DNA of 64,000 nt from Proteromonas lacertae (Eukaryota), in NCBI GenBank assembly GCA_002245135.1, contig NGBS01000294.1:124001-188000 (forward strand). Reading direction: 5' to 3'. A model generated the notes under the pieces. The model did no database searches and had not been told where the DNA came from. It worked only from the letters and a program-made list of their open reading frames with translations. The position numbers and the translations under genes are program-made. Shown here in pieces: positions 14,607 through 28,415 of the stretch; the first letter of the stretch is position 1; each line of letters opens with the position of its first letter.

Positions 14607-17600
14607 TTACATCATTTGAACTTGAGTTTGACATCCTTCACCACTAAATCCATCAAAACATTCGCAAACTCCTGTTGTATAATCACAAATACCTCTTCCA
14701 CTACAATCTCTAAATTCATCACCTCCTAGTAATGATTTATCATTTGTAGCTTTTTCAGGATCTTCACTAGATGGACATTCAATTAAACTACAATCATATC
14801 CACGATGTCTTTTATCACATAAACAACCATACACTCTATCATTATTTCCATATCCACCATAATTCTTTAAATCTTCATCTGATAATAATTCACTCATTGA
14901 AACACATCTACCATTTCCATTACAATTATTTGGACAATCTAATCTTTGACAAGCACTTCCACTAAATCCATCATAACATTTACATACACCAGTTGTTCTA
15001 TCACATTCACCAGCTCCACTGCATTCAACTAAGTATTTGTTTGTTTCTGATTCTCTCAATGTAAACGAAACTGATCCTATATATGTAGCTAATGATCTCA
15101 TTCTTCTTTGTGCATCTGGTAAACTCAATGGTTTAACAGTTTTAATGTAAATCTTATCATCATCTTTCTTTACACTACTGATTGTAGAACTATCTTGGAT
15201 AATTCCATTAAGATTATATTCTAAAATCATCCCAACTTCACATTTTAGGAAGAATAATGAGGTAATATTATCATTGCTTTCTTTAGGTAATAAAACTTCT
15301 TTTGTTTTTTCGAAATGTTCTAATATTTCTTTTACAATTTCATTCTTAAATGAAATTATTGGATTTCCTCTTGAATCAAGTTTGTTAATTGGTTTTCCAT
15401 CTACAGTTCCATAATACCATTTACCTCCTGAATTACTACAACTATCCTTAATATCTAACTTGTCAATTGAATAAGGTTGACTAACATTTTCAGATTTAGA
15501 TGTTGGATAGCAAATACTATTTTCTGCAGGAGAAGTTGTAAATGATAATACAACATTTTCATCTGTAGTACTATCAAATGTTGCTGTATATTCCTTTAAT
15601 TCATTCTTTTCAGATGATTCATAACACACAAATGGTATTTCAGATGCTGATTTCATTTGTATAATCTTATTAAATCCTTCAGAATATCCTTTCCATGTTA
15701 TTTTTTTATCCTTAACAACTGATTCAGCATAAAGAGATAAATCATTTCTTTTGAATAACACTTTACAATCTGGTGTATCCTCTTCTTCAATAAATGATGT
15801 TGGAATTATTGTCATTTCTCTGTTTGTTTTATCATAAAAGGTAACTTCGACTATACCTTCACCTTTTCCATCATTTTTACAATACAATTTTCCACCTTCA
15901 GGATTTAAATCTAAATCTTTTATAGTTAGCGTTTTAGATGGTGTTTTTAATACTGATGTGAATGACATGGATATTGATTTAACTGTTTTAGTTTCAAGTC
16001 TTCTCATTCTTGTGGCAGTTAATAATTTACTAATGTCAATTTGAGGTTGTGTAGTTAATATCATATAATTATTATCACTTGTTGTTTTACTTTCTATAAC
16101 TAATGCTTCTCTTAGTTCAACAGAATTATCACTGTAAATAACTCTTATTGTTACATACACTTCATTTGGTTTTATTTTATTAGTCAATACCTCTTTATTC
16201 TCTGTTGGTAATGGAACTGGTAATTTATCCTTTGTTGATTCATCAGCTTCACTTCCTTCTGTTGGCTTATATCCTTCTGTGTATATTTTATTTATTTTCT
16301 CAGCAATACTCTTTCCTACTTCTAATTCAACTTTTTGTTCAATCTTTGTATTTTGTGGATCATCATTCTTTATAGGTTTAGATTCTACTTTTATGTCACT
16401 CTCTGCAATTGGTTCTTTAATTTTATCTCCTTCATTTGAGAATAAGAATGATGCATCTGAATCTTTTACTTCTACTTTAGTTTTATCTCCTTTTATGAAT
16501 GGATAACATGTCTTAACAACATCTTCATCTTTAAAAGTAAAAATAGCATCACTACTATCAGTTGATATAGAAACAGTAACACTACTTGCATCAGCTAATT
16601 TCCCATCTGCTGTAGTGCATTTGAAGTTGAAATTATCGTTTTCTTTAAATCCCATCAATAATAAAGCATCAGCATAACCTGCCCATGTCACTTTTTTCTC
16701 TGAATTAACAACTGAAGTATGGTATAATGATAAATCATTTCTTTTTGTTGTTACTTTATAATCTGTATAAGTACAATCATTGATATTACTTACATCTTCA
16801 TCATATTCAATATAACTTGTTGTTGGATTACTTGACTTAAATGCTAATACATTTCCAATTATTATTCCACTATTTTCTTTAGTCTTGCATGTCTTTGTTA
16901 CACTTATCTTTCCTCCTTCAATTCCTTAAATTCAATGACAAAAACAAATGTTTACAGATATATTTAGATGGTTTTTCACCAACTCCTTTACATTCAACAC
17001 TTGATGATATTAATTTATTTGTTAATACTAAGTTATCTTTATTAGTAACTGATTCATATTTTGTTTTAATTGAGACAATAGGTGGAGTTATTTTTAATAA
17101 ATAATAACCACCCTTAACATCATCAACTTTACTTATATTAACATCAGTTATTTGAACTGTTGTAGAGAATAATGGCGGTTGTGATACATCATTCAATAAT
17201 ATTTCAATAGCATTACCCACTTTTACTAAATTCTTAAAACCTTCTCGTGAATCGCTCTTTGTAGGAATATATAATTTATATTGTGATGATTCAAAATAAT
17301 CATCAATTATTGATTTAGTTTTCCAACTTCCTGTTATTGAAGTAATACCATCATCACTTTCAACTCTATTCAAATAAATATCTTTCATAAAGTAGTTTGT
17401 TTTATCTGGTGAATAGAATTTATCTTTACTTTCACAAGTTGATAAATCAACAACAGAACCACTTAATGATATCATAACATAACATTTATAATTCTTAATG
17501 TCAGTTATTGTAAATGTCACATCATTAACAGCATCATCAATTGTAATTTTAATATCCTTTTCTGTTAAAGCTCCATATTCTGAAGAAGTATCTTCCTTAT

Positions 17601-19793
17601 AACATTGAGCTTTTAAATCATCATTATCTTTTGAAGGTATTATTTTTCCATATCCAGCCCATTTTCCACTATTATCGCTTCCAATTTCAATTTCTTTAAA
17701 TGTCATATCTTTAATTTCAACTATTTCATCACATATTAAGTCTAATGGATAAATTTTACCAACACAATTATCTGATTCTGTTGGATATGCTGTTGTACAT
17801 ATTGATAGTTTGCCATAATCAACATAACTTGTCACCATCAGTTGCATTTTGCAGACACAATCACTTCTTTCTGTTCTGTATCACTTTCTTTTTCTTTACA
17901 CATCATTCTACCAATGCCTGTTACATCCATAATCATATTTAACAGAATAAACAGTTGAACTGCCAACTAGAGAAAAAACTGGAGAAGGTTCTAGAGTGAT
18001 TATCATTTTTGTTTGCTGAGAATCTACAATTTGTAACATTCTAGCAGGAACAGATGTGAAAACTAAATCTGGTATAACATTCACCATATTATCAACAAAA
18101 CTTGTAACTGTATGACTGCTGCTGTTTTATCAAAGAATTAATTTGTCTGGTGGAAAATGTTATTGTTATTTTTGCATATTTTCTTATCTTCTTAATCATT
18201 TCATTGACTTTGGTTGTTGATCCATCAGCATCTTTACAGTTTGTTGGAATAAATAATCCTTTTGTTGAAATGTAATTATTTATCATTAATCTGGTTCTTG
18301 TTCCTCCTATTGTCATTATTAATCCTGAATCATCTACTGTGCATTCATCAGATTTATAACTACTCATTAATAACTGACCATCTAAAACAGTAAATTCATT
18401 ACATTTATCACATTGACTTGTTAAATCTTTGTTATTGTCAATTGTAATCGCTTTTCCATCTATAGTTGATAATACCATACAAACATCATTTACTGTTATC
18501 TCTGCATTTGCATTATCTCCTTTAAAAATAACAATTTTAACATCATTATCATTTTCAGTTGTTTTGGATAGAGTTGCTTTATGTTGATATAAAAAACCAT
18601 TTTCATTTGCTTGTGTATGATAACATAACAATGGTAATACATTACTGCTAAATTTAAATCCAGCTGCTGTTAATAATTTATAATAACCATCCCATGTATA
18701 AGATGTATCAACTGCATCTTGGTTTTTACTTACTTTTATATTCTTTAATTTTGAAATGTCTTTCAATTCAACAATTTCATCACATATTAAATCTAATGGA
18801 TAAATTTTATCTGTACAATCTGATGTTTTATATGCTGATGGACATATCGATAAACTACCATAATCAACATAACTAATACCATTTCCATCTACCTTTGTTA
18901 CAATCACTTCTTTTCTATCTTCTTCACCTTCACCAGATTTCTTGCACATCATCCTTCCTAGTGATTTTACACCAAAATTATGATTAACAGAATAAACAGA
19001 TGAACTTACTACTGTGAACTCTGGATATGTTGTAAGAATCATTTTTAATGAGGCAGTTTCATCTGCTGAAATGTCTTTAAATGTAATTCCATCATTTAAA
19101 GTAAGAACATTACCATCACATTTAACAACTTTTCTTATAGTTGGAGCAATTGCATTACCTTTTGAGCTTGTTAATTCAATAACAATTTCAGCATTAACTC
19201 TAAGTTTAGCTTTAAAATCATCTAAAGTTGGCTGTAATATTCTTCTTCCTGTAGGTGGTGGTGAATCACAACTATTTGGTAATGTAAATGAGTCAATATT
19301 ACCTGCACTAGGAATTATAGTCTTTGCTTGGGTATTTGTGAAAGTAATAGAGATCTTACCATCTGCTTCATCTTTTACACTACATAACTCATCAGCTAAC
19401 ACTCTATTTCCGTTTTTAACATCATCAGATAGTCTATTCTTATCAACCTTCACCTCATTCTTACTTTTTTCAGATTCTTCATGTAGACCTCTTAATGCTC
19501 TTCTATCACCTGAAGAAGCAGAATCAGATATATCTAAACTCTCAGCGCTGTTCATTTGAAATGGATAACCAACAGGACATAAAACTACACAATAAAACAA
19601 TACAATAAATACCCAAACTGCAATCAGAACCACCATATCCATATATATTTTCATCGATGTTAGTCAAACTCTGTTTTTGACACACACAAGTTCCATCAAT
19701 GGTGCAAAACCCATGACTGTTGCAGTTATTAGGACATATACTCATAACTGCTGCTAATAAAACCAATAGTAGAAATAAAAACTTCATATTCAT
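14607..19793 (-). CDS. Giant secreted EGF/tenascin-type protein resembling stramenopile tubular mastigoneme (SIG/Ocm-like) proteins, with four inserted ~400-aa modules (~1700 aa)
   Basis: Signal peptide MKFLFLLLVLLAAVMS followed by CPNNCNSHGFC...GSDCSL|VLCP. The C-terminus has ECSGAGECDRTTGVCKCYDGFSGSACQRLDCPNNCNGNGRC...DCSLIECP...DP...DCSGRGICDYTTGVCECFDGFSGEGCQTQ. The four track ORFs are linked by one short intron and +1 frameshifts near 18130, 17926, 17848/17835 and 16925. Confidence 0.75.
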
Positions 19794-20167
19794 TTGGTTA
19801 TGAAATTATCAACGTAATAAATGAAAATTTCAAATTGGGTTTATGGGAATTTTCATAAACCATGATTTCATTTCTCATTTTTGGTTGAATAGTGAATTGA
19901 GTTGGTAATAAGAAATATTTGAAATATAACAATCACGTTCATATTTTGTGAAATGAAATAACAATCATTAAAGCAAATCTGTGTTGTTAATAGATCTAAA
20001 CTGAAATATAACTGTTTTATAAAATTAAAAAATCCAGTATAGTGATATATACATAACATAAATCAATAAAAATAGGTAATTACACTGATTTCCTTATTTT
20101 CTATTATCTTAATATATTCTTACACATCAATGAAATAATAAAAAGTTTTAATAATAAAATTATTCAG

Positions 20168-23100
20168 TTATTTATAATTACTCAATATCACTTTCAATCT
20201 TTCAATATAGCCTTCATTCATATTTAAACTCTTCATCTTATCTTCATTTAAATCATATATATCATCTACACAATTAATTCCATTGTTCTTAAAGGTTTCA
20301 TATACATTAACTAATTCATGGTAATACAACCAAATATATATATCATCAAACAACAATGACACATTATTAGGTGCATTTAATGGTGTAAAACTTAAACTTC
20401 TTTCACTATATTCACCCCAACCATTTTTATTATAAAATCTAACTCTACAAACATATGGAGTAGAATTATTCAAATTCTTTATCACAAAACTCACTTCTTT
20501 ATCTTTAACATTCATATTTATATTATTATCAACTGTTATCCATTCTCCCCAATTCTTAGTACTATATTGCAACTCACATTTACTTATCTTCAAACGTAAA
20601 CTATTCTTATTATTATAATTTTCATTTGTTATTACTACTTTTATACTACCATTTTCATTTTCATTGTTGTTAATAATCATTGGTAAATATTCTGGTCTTT
20701 TAGGTGGATTAATATAATTATCAATTATATACATACAATCATTCATTCTACTCACTTTACACAAATCATAAGGACTATAGCCACCTCTATCTAACTCATT
20801 TTTAACTTCCATTTTATTCTCTAATAAGTATAAACATATATTCTCATTACAATGTAAACAACACATATGCATTGGTGTACGATAATTATTATCTTTGTCA
20901 TTCAAATTCAATCCTTTTTTCCTTAAATATTCCATCATTTCTATTGTTCCTGACATTGCTATATAATGCATACAAGTTCTACCTTGAAAATCCATAGCAT
21001 GAATATCTTCCTTTAAATCTTCAATTAACCATTTCAATATATTCAAATCTTTACCCATTGAAGCATAATGTATTGAATAACGACCTTGTTTATCAACAGC
21101 CAATAGATTTGCTCCTTTTTCATATAAATACTTTGAAACATTTATATTAGATTTCCATATAGATAGATGTAATGGTGTTTGTTTGAATTCATTGGTTATA
21201 TCGATTATTACACTTTTGAATTTCTCCATTATAAATTTGACGAATTTTAAATTTCCCTTTAAACTACAGTAATGTAATATATTATTTCCATCTTCAGATA
21301 CTAATTCATTCACATTAAATAAACTAATATCTTCATCTTCATTATTCTCTTCTTCTTTTATTGTTAAATTCTCTTCATCATTTTCATTATTCATTTCTTT
21401 TTTCAATTCTTTTATCAATTTAATAAATTCATCCAAGTTATCATTATCAACACATTCAAATATTTTCTTCATTTTATTTAACATCTTTTCATCTTTCATT
21501 TTCAACTTATCAGAAATTTTATTACCACCACTACTGTTTATTCCATTATTAGGATTTTCTTTTAAATCAAGTCCTAACAGTGTTCCACTACTTACACCAC
21601 TTGTAAATGAAGTTTTCTCGTTAATTGAAAGATTAGAATCAGTTTCATTTCTTTCGCTACCTGGATGAGGTGATAATATTCCACTACTATTATTATCATC
21701 AATTTCAGAACCACTAAATCCACTTAAAGTACTTAAACTACGTTTCAATCCATCACCAACAATTGAACTTATTGAATTCAATGAGAATGTGTTACTACTA
21801 GTATTATTATCACTCGAAATAATAACATTACTATTATTGCTTAATGGCAATGTATTAAACTCAATTTGTGAACAATAATCACTCCAATCATTTCTATTTC
21901 TACATCTTATTCTCATCTTATACTTCTGATCTGGTAATAACTCTTTAATACACACTTCAATCTCTTTATTATCGTTATTAGTATTGCTACTTATAACTAA
22001 ACTAACCCATCTTCCTATAGGTCTTATTCTATAACTTAATTCATATTCCAATACTTTTGGAACTATATTTTCACTATCATCATTCAATTTCAAAAACTTT
22101 AATCTACAAGTAGTTTCATTTACATCAATTATAATTGGAATATTTGGAGCATTTGGTGGTTTTATTGCTTTTTCATATAATTCAATTAATTTAGTATGAT
22201 TATTTTGTACAGCTAATTGATAGGAACTAATTCCATCTTTTCCTTCTAACTTTGGATCACAATTATATTCAGTCAATAATAAATAAGCACATTCATAACT
22301 TCCACCTAAACTACACATATGTAATAAATTCCATTCAGTATCATTTCTTAATTTCAACATCGGATCAATATTATAATTCTTTAATAGCATTTCTAATATA
22401 TTGATTTGATTATTCAAACATACTAAATGATAAGCACTTCTACCTTTACTATCATATAATAATCTTTCATTTGAACTTAATATGGATAATAATTTCTCAA
22501 CAAATTTGTAATGTCCTTTTTCACAACATAAATGTAACGGTGACATACCATTGAAATCTTGTAATACATAATTACATCCAATTTTATTGTCTAAGATGTA
22601 TTCCAATATATTTAAATTACCACGAAATGCAGCAATATGTAAACAACTACCACCTGTATTATTAATATCATTTACCATCTTTTTAAGCCCATTTTCTATT
22701 AAATAATCAAATATTTCAACATTCCCTATGAATGAAGCAATATGTAGTAATGAATTATTCTTTTCATCTTTTAATTTCAATGTTTCTTTACCATTTTTAT
22801 CACATAATTTCTTAACTTCATCCATATTATTGTTAATTATTTCCTTTTTATAATCTTTGAATAATGGATCAGCTTCTTTGACTATATCTACTGAATTATC
22901 TTCTTTTGATTTCACTCCTTCTTTTGCAGTTGTTATATCTGAACTATTTGCAGAATACTCTGACCATCCGTTTATATTTTTACATCTTATTCGAACAACA
23001 TACTTTGTATCACTCTGTAAATCTTTTACAATGAATTTATTAGAATTAGTTATCTTATCACTCTTTGTAACCCAATTTCCGAAGAATTTTGTACCAACTT

Positions 23101-24224
23101 GTAAAGAATATTCCGTCACAAGTGGAATCTGAGGTTCCATAATAACATCTTTCCATTCTACAGTAAAATAATGATCACTGGGCTTTCCAATTAAATAAGG
23201 TGGATTTGGTTGTGTTGGTGGAGCTATAATATAAAAATAAAAAAATGAAGAAAGATATGGAAAAATATTGGAAAAATGGAAAATATCAAGATATGAATTT
23301 TATATATAAACATACACATAGATAACTTCAAATATTCTGCTACTTCACTATGACCCTTCAAATCAGCAAGCATATTCGGTGTATTATTATCAGAATTACG
23401 AACTTTTGAATTTACACCAAGACTCAGTAACCATATTGTCATTTCCAAGTTTCCATCTTTTGCTGCATAATGTAATATATTCCAACCATTCTTGGTCGTT
23501 GCATTTATATCAATACCTTCATCTATCAAATAATGTGCTACTTCCATATTACTTCTTTCAACTGCTATGTGTAGTGCTGTTAAACCAATTGGTGTTGTAT
23601 CAGTTAATTTAAATCCTTCATCTTCATGTAAATACTTCAAAATTTTCAAAAAACCACCAAAAGTAGCACAAAGAACATAACTAAAACCAGTCTAATCAAT
23701 ATTATGACTAACTGAGTATATATATACAGAGGTTACAGCTGTCTTATCAATTCCTTTTGATAAAAGTACTTTACATACTCCTAAACAACCACTCAAACAA
23801 GCCAAATGCATAGAATTCTTGGACTTCTACAAAATACATAGATAAATTATTATTATATACATCATTCTTAATATTTACTTCTACACCTGCATTTATGAGA
23901 ATCTCTACTATTTCACTACAATTTTTACTTGCTGCAACATGTATTGCGCAATCACCTTGCTATTATAAATAAAATTAAAACACCATACTGAATTTTTACT
24001 TGTTAAATCAACATTATTGTCAACTAACCATTTCACAGACTCTTTTTGGTTATTCCTACATGCTGCATGTAAGGCTGTATCACCATTCTATTCAACAGAT
24101 TATCATAATCACATACTGTATCTTTTGTGTTAATTGAAGTACCATTACCTACTAACTCTCCCATCCTTTTCACATCACCTTCAAATGCAGCTATTACTAA
24201 TTCATTTTCATAATCAACACTCAT
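20168..24224 (-). CDS. Ankyrin-repeat / fibronectin type III / SAM protein, architecture (ANKn-FN3)x3-SAM
   Basis: Many GxTxLHxAA ankyrin repeats. Three FN3 ends: LQSDTKYVVRIRCKNINGWSEYS, LLPDQKYKMRIRCRNRNDWSDY and LNNSTPYVCRVRFYNKNGWGEYS. C-terminal SAM-like WL...L..VYETFKNNGINCVDDIYDLNEDKMKSLNM. Several short introns in the 5' part. Confidence 0.85.
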
Positions 24225-24408
24225 AAAAAGAGAATTAAAAAGATTTATCTTCTTTTTAAAACAAGGTTTGAGAGTAATCAAACCTGTTCAAAGAAATGAT
24301 TATATATTCACTTTATGTAGATTATATAGGTTTTAAAAAAATCAACTGATTCAGTACTTCCTTTTAACAACACAATATTAGAAAATATGCATAATAATTA
24401 TAGATTAT

Positions 24409-25968
24409 TTACTTCTTTTTCTTATCTTTCATAATTTCGTTGCTTTTCTTACAATATACAATACCACTTAATAATATAAATATTATACACCCTACTACAA
24501 CAACAGCTATTACCTTCCATTTACTCTCATCTTTTACTTCTATCACTTTAGTTGATTTAATTTCTATTTTGGGAGTATTTACTTTATTTTTTCTAATACT
24601 ATTATTTTTATTTAAGTCATCATTTTTTGTTCTCAACTTTATACCATCAAAATAAGGATTTTCTTCAAAAAATAATATTGATTTATCTTTAGACAAATTA
24701 TATCCACTAGTCTTTCTTTTTATTGATATAATATCATTATACTTGATTCTATCATCAAATTTAATCCACAATGGATTGCCATACAATGAATAATATGTAT
24801 TTTCTATAACTATTTCATTTTTTTTATTATTATAAACATCGGATATTTGATTTGTCATTAAAACTGAATCGTTAATTTTATTAATGAATATGTAACTATT
24901 ATTCATATACAAATTTGATTTCAATTCATTGTTGATAATAGAAATCATAAACTGATTGTATTCTTTTTGGATTGTAAATATAACTTGTGAATTTAATACA
25001 TTTATTTTCTTTTTCTGTTTATAATTATTATCACTTTCATATCCTATTATTCCGCTTAAAAAATAATTGTGTTTTGTTGTTAATAAGTTCAACTTTACAT
25101 TACTCCAACATTTTGTTATGGTTAAATCTTTATTATCGTTTTTATATATCAATGCACTGAAATAATTCACTTTAAATTGATTGACTATATTCAAAGATTT
25201 TCGAATTAATGTATAACAATTACTTATAATCACTTTCTCATAATCATCTCTTATGTTGTGTATTAATAAACCCATTTCTATCATTTCACCTGATACAACA
25301 GATATATTTTCAATATCTACTGAACTATAACTTAGATTTGTATTGATTTCATTGAATAACAATCCAATATATGGGTAATTATGTGAATTTCTTATTGTCA
25401 TTACATTTCCAATGATTTTTACATTCTCTAAACTTCCATTTATAACACTATTTCCAAGTAAACCTATTCTTTTATTATCTTCTAAGATTTTCATATCAAT
25501 TGAATTAAACTTCAGTGTTATATTCTTCAATGTTGAGTTGTATATTCTTTCAAATATTAATCCATAATTTGTAGCTACTACTTCTATGTATAAACTGCTT
25601 TCTATAGTTATAGTTATATTCTCAAATGTGCAGTTATTGGCTGTAGAAAACAATGAATCCACTATTGGAACTGTTGAATAAGTAGGAATTATTACAAAAT
25701 TTAAATTTATAAATGTTTTGTTGCTAATATCATAAAATATTTGATAAAAATTAGTTTTACGAGTGATTATTTTAATAGAATTCCCTTCAGTTCCTATCAT
25801 TTTTTCAAAAGTACTATTACAATCACCAAAATATTCAAAATCTAGTATATAATCCCCATCTGCTACTACTGTACCTTCCCTTTCCATTAACGAACAAAAA
25901 TCTCGATCAGAACAATATATAGTAGATAGTAGAATCATATATAAAAAAAATACTATAACTTTCTGCAT
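24409..25968 (-). CDS. Intronless type I membrane/surface protein with a probable beta-helix-like ectodomain
   Basis: N-terminal signal peptide; repeated (T/S)LxN(I/V)xI turns (TFENITI, TLKNITL, SLENVKI) with xGLI/L motifs; TM helix VIAVVVVGCIIFILLSGIVYC; basic tail KDKKKK. Confidence 0.65.
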   Translation of the reverse strand: MQKVIVFFLYMILLSTIYCSDRDFCSLMEREGTVVADGDYILDFEYFGDCNSTFEKMIGTEGNSIKIITRKTNFYQIFYDISNKTFINLNFVIIPTYSTVPIVDSLFSTANNCTFENITITIESSLYIEVVATNYGLIFERIYNSTLKNITLKFNSIDMKILEDNKRIGLLGNSVINGSLENVKIIGNVMTIRNSHNYPYIGLLFNEINTNLSYSSVDIENISVVSGEMIEMGLLIHNIRDDYEKVIISNCYTLIRKSLNIVNQFKVNYFSALIYKNDNKDLTITKCWSNVKLNLLTTKHNYFLSGIIGYESDNNYKQKKKINVLNSQVIFTIQKEYNQFMISIINNELKSNLYMNNSYIFINKINDSVLMTNQISDVYNNKKNEIVIENTYYSLYGNPLWIKFDDRIKYNDIISIKRKTSGYNLSKDKSILFFEENPYFDGIKLRTKNDDLNKNNSIRKNKVNTPKIEIKSTKVIEVKDESKWKVIAVVVVGCIIFILLSGIVYCKKSNEIMKDKKKK

Positions 25969-26203
25969 TTTTTACACTTTATTTGGTGTAATTAGCTTCG
26001 GATCTTGAATAAAATGAAAAAAACAATTATTTGCTTGAAAGATATCAAGCCTTCATAATAAATGTTGATAAATTTGTATTATGTATATGAATTTAAATAC
26101 CAGTAACCATTAATAGTATATTAATATTAAATTTCATTATCAATACACAAATATCACTGTCGTTTACTATTCATCATTTATATCATCATATCATATACAA
26201 TAT

Positions 26204-28415
26204 GCATTGATAAATCACAATTGAGTATTATTGCCTTTATCACACCTCCTACAATTGAATTAAATCACATTTTAAGTTTTGGGTTATTCAAAATTTTGAT
26301 AAAAATCAAATTTCGTTATTTTTGTTATATATTTACATAAAGATGATAATAAAAGTGAATAAAGCAATAAGAGAAGAGGGGTATTTTTTATATTTATTTT
26401 TATGATAGATTGTGTCGAAAATTGGTCGAAAGTGGTTTTGGTGATATAGAAGTGAAGATTGGAAATAGCCGAATAATGTCAATCAAATCAATTTTAGTGA
26501 ATGGAAATGAAACAGTAAAGAAACTGTTGTTAGATCGTGAGTTTGTTGGAGTTTTAGAGTTATATGAAGAAATCGAAGAAATTGGCTATTATGAGATGGA
26601 GAAATACTACAGTGGTGGTGAATTGATAATCAGTAAAGAGAATGTGTGTGAAGTGTTGATGTTTTGTTTATGTTATTGTGAAAAAGAGATAATAAATGAT
26701 TGTTATGAATTTGTGAAGAATAATATAGATGATGAAGTATTAATGAAATTAATTCATATTTGTAATGTATTTGGTGGATGTTTGAGAAAGATAGAAGACT
26801 TGAAAAATATGGAAATAGAAAAGCGAGGATATAAATATTTATATAAGAATGAATATTTGTTGAGATTAGAAATGAATAATTTGATTGAGATATTAAATAT
26901 GAGAGATGTGATAATCATGAATGAGTTATGGTTATTAAATCGCTTATTGGAATGGTATAAATTCCAAAAGAATAAGAAATATGATAATAAAGAGATTAAA
27001 GATGATTTTAAACAATTGATAGAAGAAGATATCGATTATGAAAAGATAAAAGAGAATGAGATAGAAAAAGAGAATAAAGAAATGTTGAAAGAAATGAAAA
27101 TAGAATTAAAAGAGAATGAATGTAAAAATCATATAGAAATATATTTAATAAAAGATGAGAGAATTCAAAATGTAATAATCAACAATTACAATGAAGATAA
27201 AGATGATGAAGAAGACTTTAATGAAGAAGAAAGAAGAATATTGGATAAAATGAAAGAAGAAGAATTGAATGATGAAATAATGTGTATATTAGAAATGAAT
27301 AATATAAAAATGACCGAAATAGTATTGATGATAATGAAATATAAAAATATGAAAATGGAAAGTATAAATACTAAAAATATATTTAAATAGAATATATCTC
27401 AAATATAGAAAAGAGAACTATGTTTGATAGATTATGTATAGAATATAATGAGAATAAAAGAAATCGAACAATGAAATGTTTATGTTTATTCATTGATGAT
27501 AAAAAGAATATTTCAATAATGGAGGAAGTATGTGGAAAAGAGATTCTTTATAGAATATTGAATGAAGATAATTATTTAAACTCCAAATCCAAAGAATTAT
27601 TAATGGAGTATATAAAAGAGAATAAACTGAGTTTCGAAGAAGAAGAAGAAATGATAAAAATAATGAAAGATAAAGAATTATTGAAAGAATTAAAAACAAA
27701 AGAAATCACATCATTTTCATATCTTCAATCAGAATATTTCTTTATATTAGATGAAGAAATATCAATAATTCCTTCATTTGATGGAAATCGATGTGAATTT
27801 TCAATCAATCCTTCATTAGTTGATGGAATGATGATAGATCAAGAAAATGGAATAATTAATGGAAAAGTGAATAAAGAAATCGAAAAGGAAGAATATGAAA
27901 TAATATGTAAGAATATTGTAAATGAAAAGAATTTTAAAATATCATTAGAATTTATTGATGTAAAATTTACAGAATTAAACAAAAGTGATGGAATATCAAT
28001 CTCAAATAATGGAAAAACAATAACAAATATAAATGGTTTTTATAATCATTGTTATTTGAATTTGAAAATGGAAAATGGAGTTTATCATATCAAATATAAA
28101 TTTCATCAAAATGGTAGTTATTATGATAGTTTAAGTATAGGATTATCAACTGATAATACATATTCTGGTAATAATATTTATGAACAATCAACAACATGTA
28201 ATTATCGTGCTTATGGTGGTGAAAGTCAAGATATTGCTTATTATTGTCATATTGGAAGAGTTGTTAATAAAAATCCAAATTTCAATACTCATGGAGATGG
28301 TTCAATTTATGAAGTGATTGTTGATATGAATAAAAGAGAATTTTGGATAAGTCATAATGATTCATCTCCTTTTTTACTTGTTAAAGATTTACCTTCTCCA
28401 TTGTATACATATGCT
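26204..28415 (+). repeat. Left arm of ~2.2 kb inverted repeat (partner 32745-34962)
   Basis: Sequence from gcattgataaatcacaattgag (26204) to ...ccttctccattgtatacatatgct matches the reverse complement of 32745-34962 with few substitutions. The match includes ~140 nt of upstream sequence. Confidence 0.95.

Noticed and set aside
16925..16955. Possible 31-nt GT-AG intron on the minus strand whose splicing would create an in-frame TGA (readthrough or selenocysteine)
   Set aside because: Removing one extra base gives LNLGIEGGK, matching the sister repeat LDLNPEGGK. This fits the window-wide +1 indel pattern better.
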